DNA from: Pristiophorus japonicus | Lineage: Eukaryota | NCBI RefSeq assembly: GCF_044704955.1 | Contig: NC_091979.1 | Span: 48,236,001 to 48,300,000 of the forward strand | Reading direction: 5' to 3' | Length of the DNA stretch: 64,000 nt | Shown: positions 63,496 to 64,000 of the stretch, one piece after another | Layout: every line of letters begins with the position of its first letter | Position numbering within the stretch: position 1 is the first letter of the stretch | The notes under the pieces: generated by a model | Told to the model about the DNA's origin: nothing | The model's input: the letters and a program-made list of their open reading frames with translations, nothing else | Databases searched by the model: none | Made by a program: the position numbers and the translations under genes

Positions 63496-64000
63496 ATTAA
63501 AAAAGGAGGGAGAGAGAAAACAGGGAATTATAGACCGGTCAGCCTGACATCGGTAGTGGGTAAAATGATGGAATCAATTATTAAGGATGTCATAGCAGCG
63601 CATTTGGAAAGAGGTGACATGATAGGTCCAAGTCAGCATGGAATTGTGAAAGGGAAATCATGCTTGACAAATCTTCTGGAATTTTTTTGAGGATGTTTCC
63701 AGTAGCGTGGACAAGGGAGGACCAGTTGATGTGGTGTATTTGGACTTTCAGAAGGCTTTCGACAAGGTCCCACACAAGAGATTAATGTGCAAAGTTAAAG
63801 CACATGGGATTGGGGGTAGTGTGCTGACGTGGATTGAGAACTGGTTGGCAGACAGGAAGCAAAGAGTAGGAGTAAATGGGTACTTTTCAGAATGGCAGGC
63901 AGTGACTAGTGGGGTACTGCAAGGTTCTGTGCTGGGGCCCCAGCTGTTTACATTGTACATTAATGATTTAGACGAGGGGATTAAATGTAGCATCTCCAAA

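Larger units (their letters stand above)
59095..64000 (+). mobile_element. Near full-length CR1 (5'UTR, ORF1, ORF2), interrupted by a MITE; runs off the window
   Basis: 5'UTR, ORF1 from ATG 59514, ORF2 with stops and frameshifts. Confidence 0.93.

Overview
Repeat-saturated vertebrate DNA, inferred to be cartilaginous fish (shark-type CR1 LINEs, Deu-domain SINEs, shark-type MHC class I tail). I found no intact host protein-coding gene. A CpG-rich, promoter-like block at ~52.1-53.0 kb may be the 5' end of a host gene. The rest is nested transposons: many CR1 copies (one with a ~910-codon uninterrupted ORF2, one near full length), L2, RTE and Penelope relics, three SINE families, two decayed autonomous PIF/Harbinger elements (Myb/SANT gene plus DDE transposase) and several Harbinger MITEs. 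The main observation is that three related Harbinger MITEs share a fixed architecture: TIR, GC-box/NRF1-like promoter, a GGCCGAATGGCC(TC)-type hairpin, a hypervariable cargo slot, a splice donor, TIR (the copy at 43884 has lost its promoter and hairpin end). One copy (38435-39791) carries ~600 bp of intronless MHC class I sequence (alpha3, TM, cytoplasmic tail, 3'UTR) in that slot. The other two carry expanded C/T-rich minisatellites there. The related autonomous element has a 62-bp repeat/variable-spacer array at the homologous site. The hairpin preceding the slot matches the conserved CR1 3'-UTR hairpin. This suggests, as a hypothesis only, a DNA transposon that acquires RNA-derived sequence with help from LINE reverse transcriptase. 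All calls were made by eye; boundaries of old elements are approximate.
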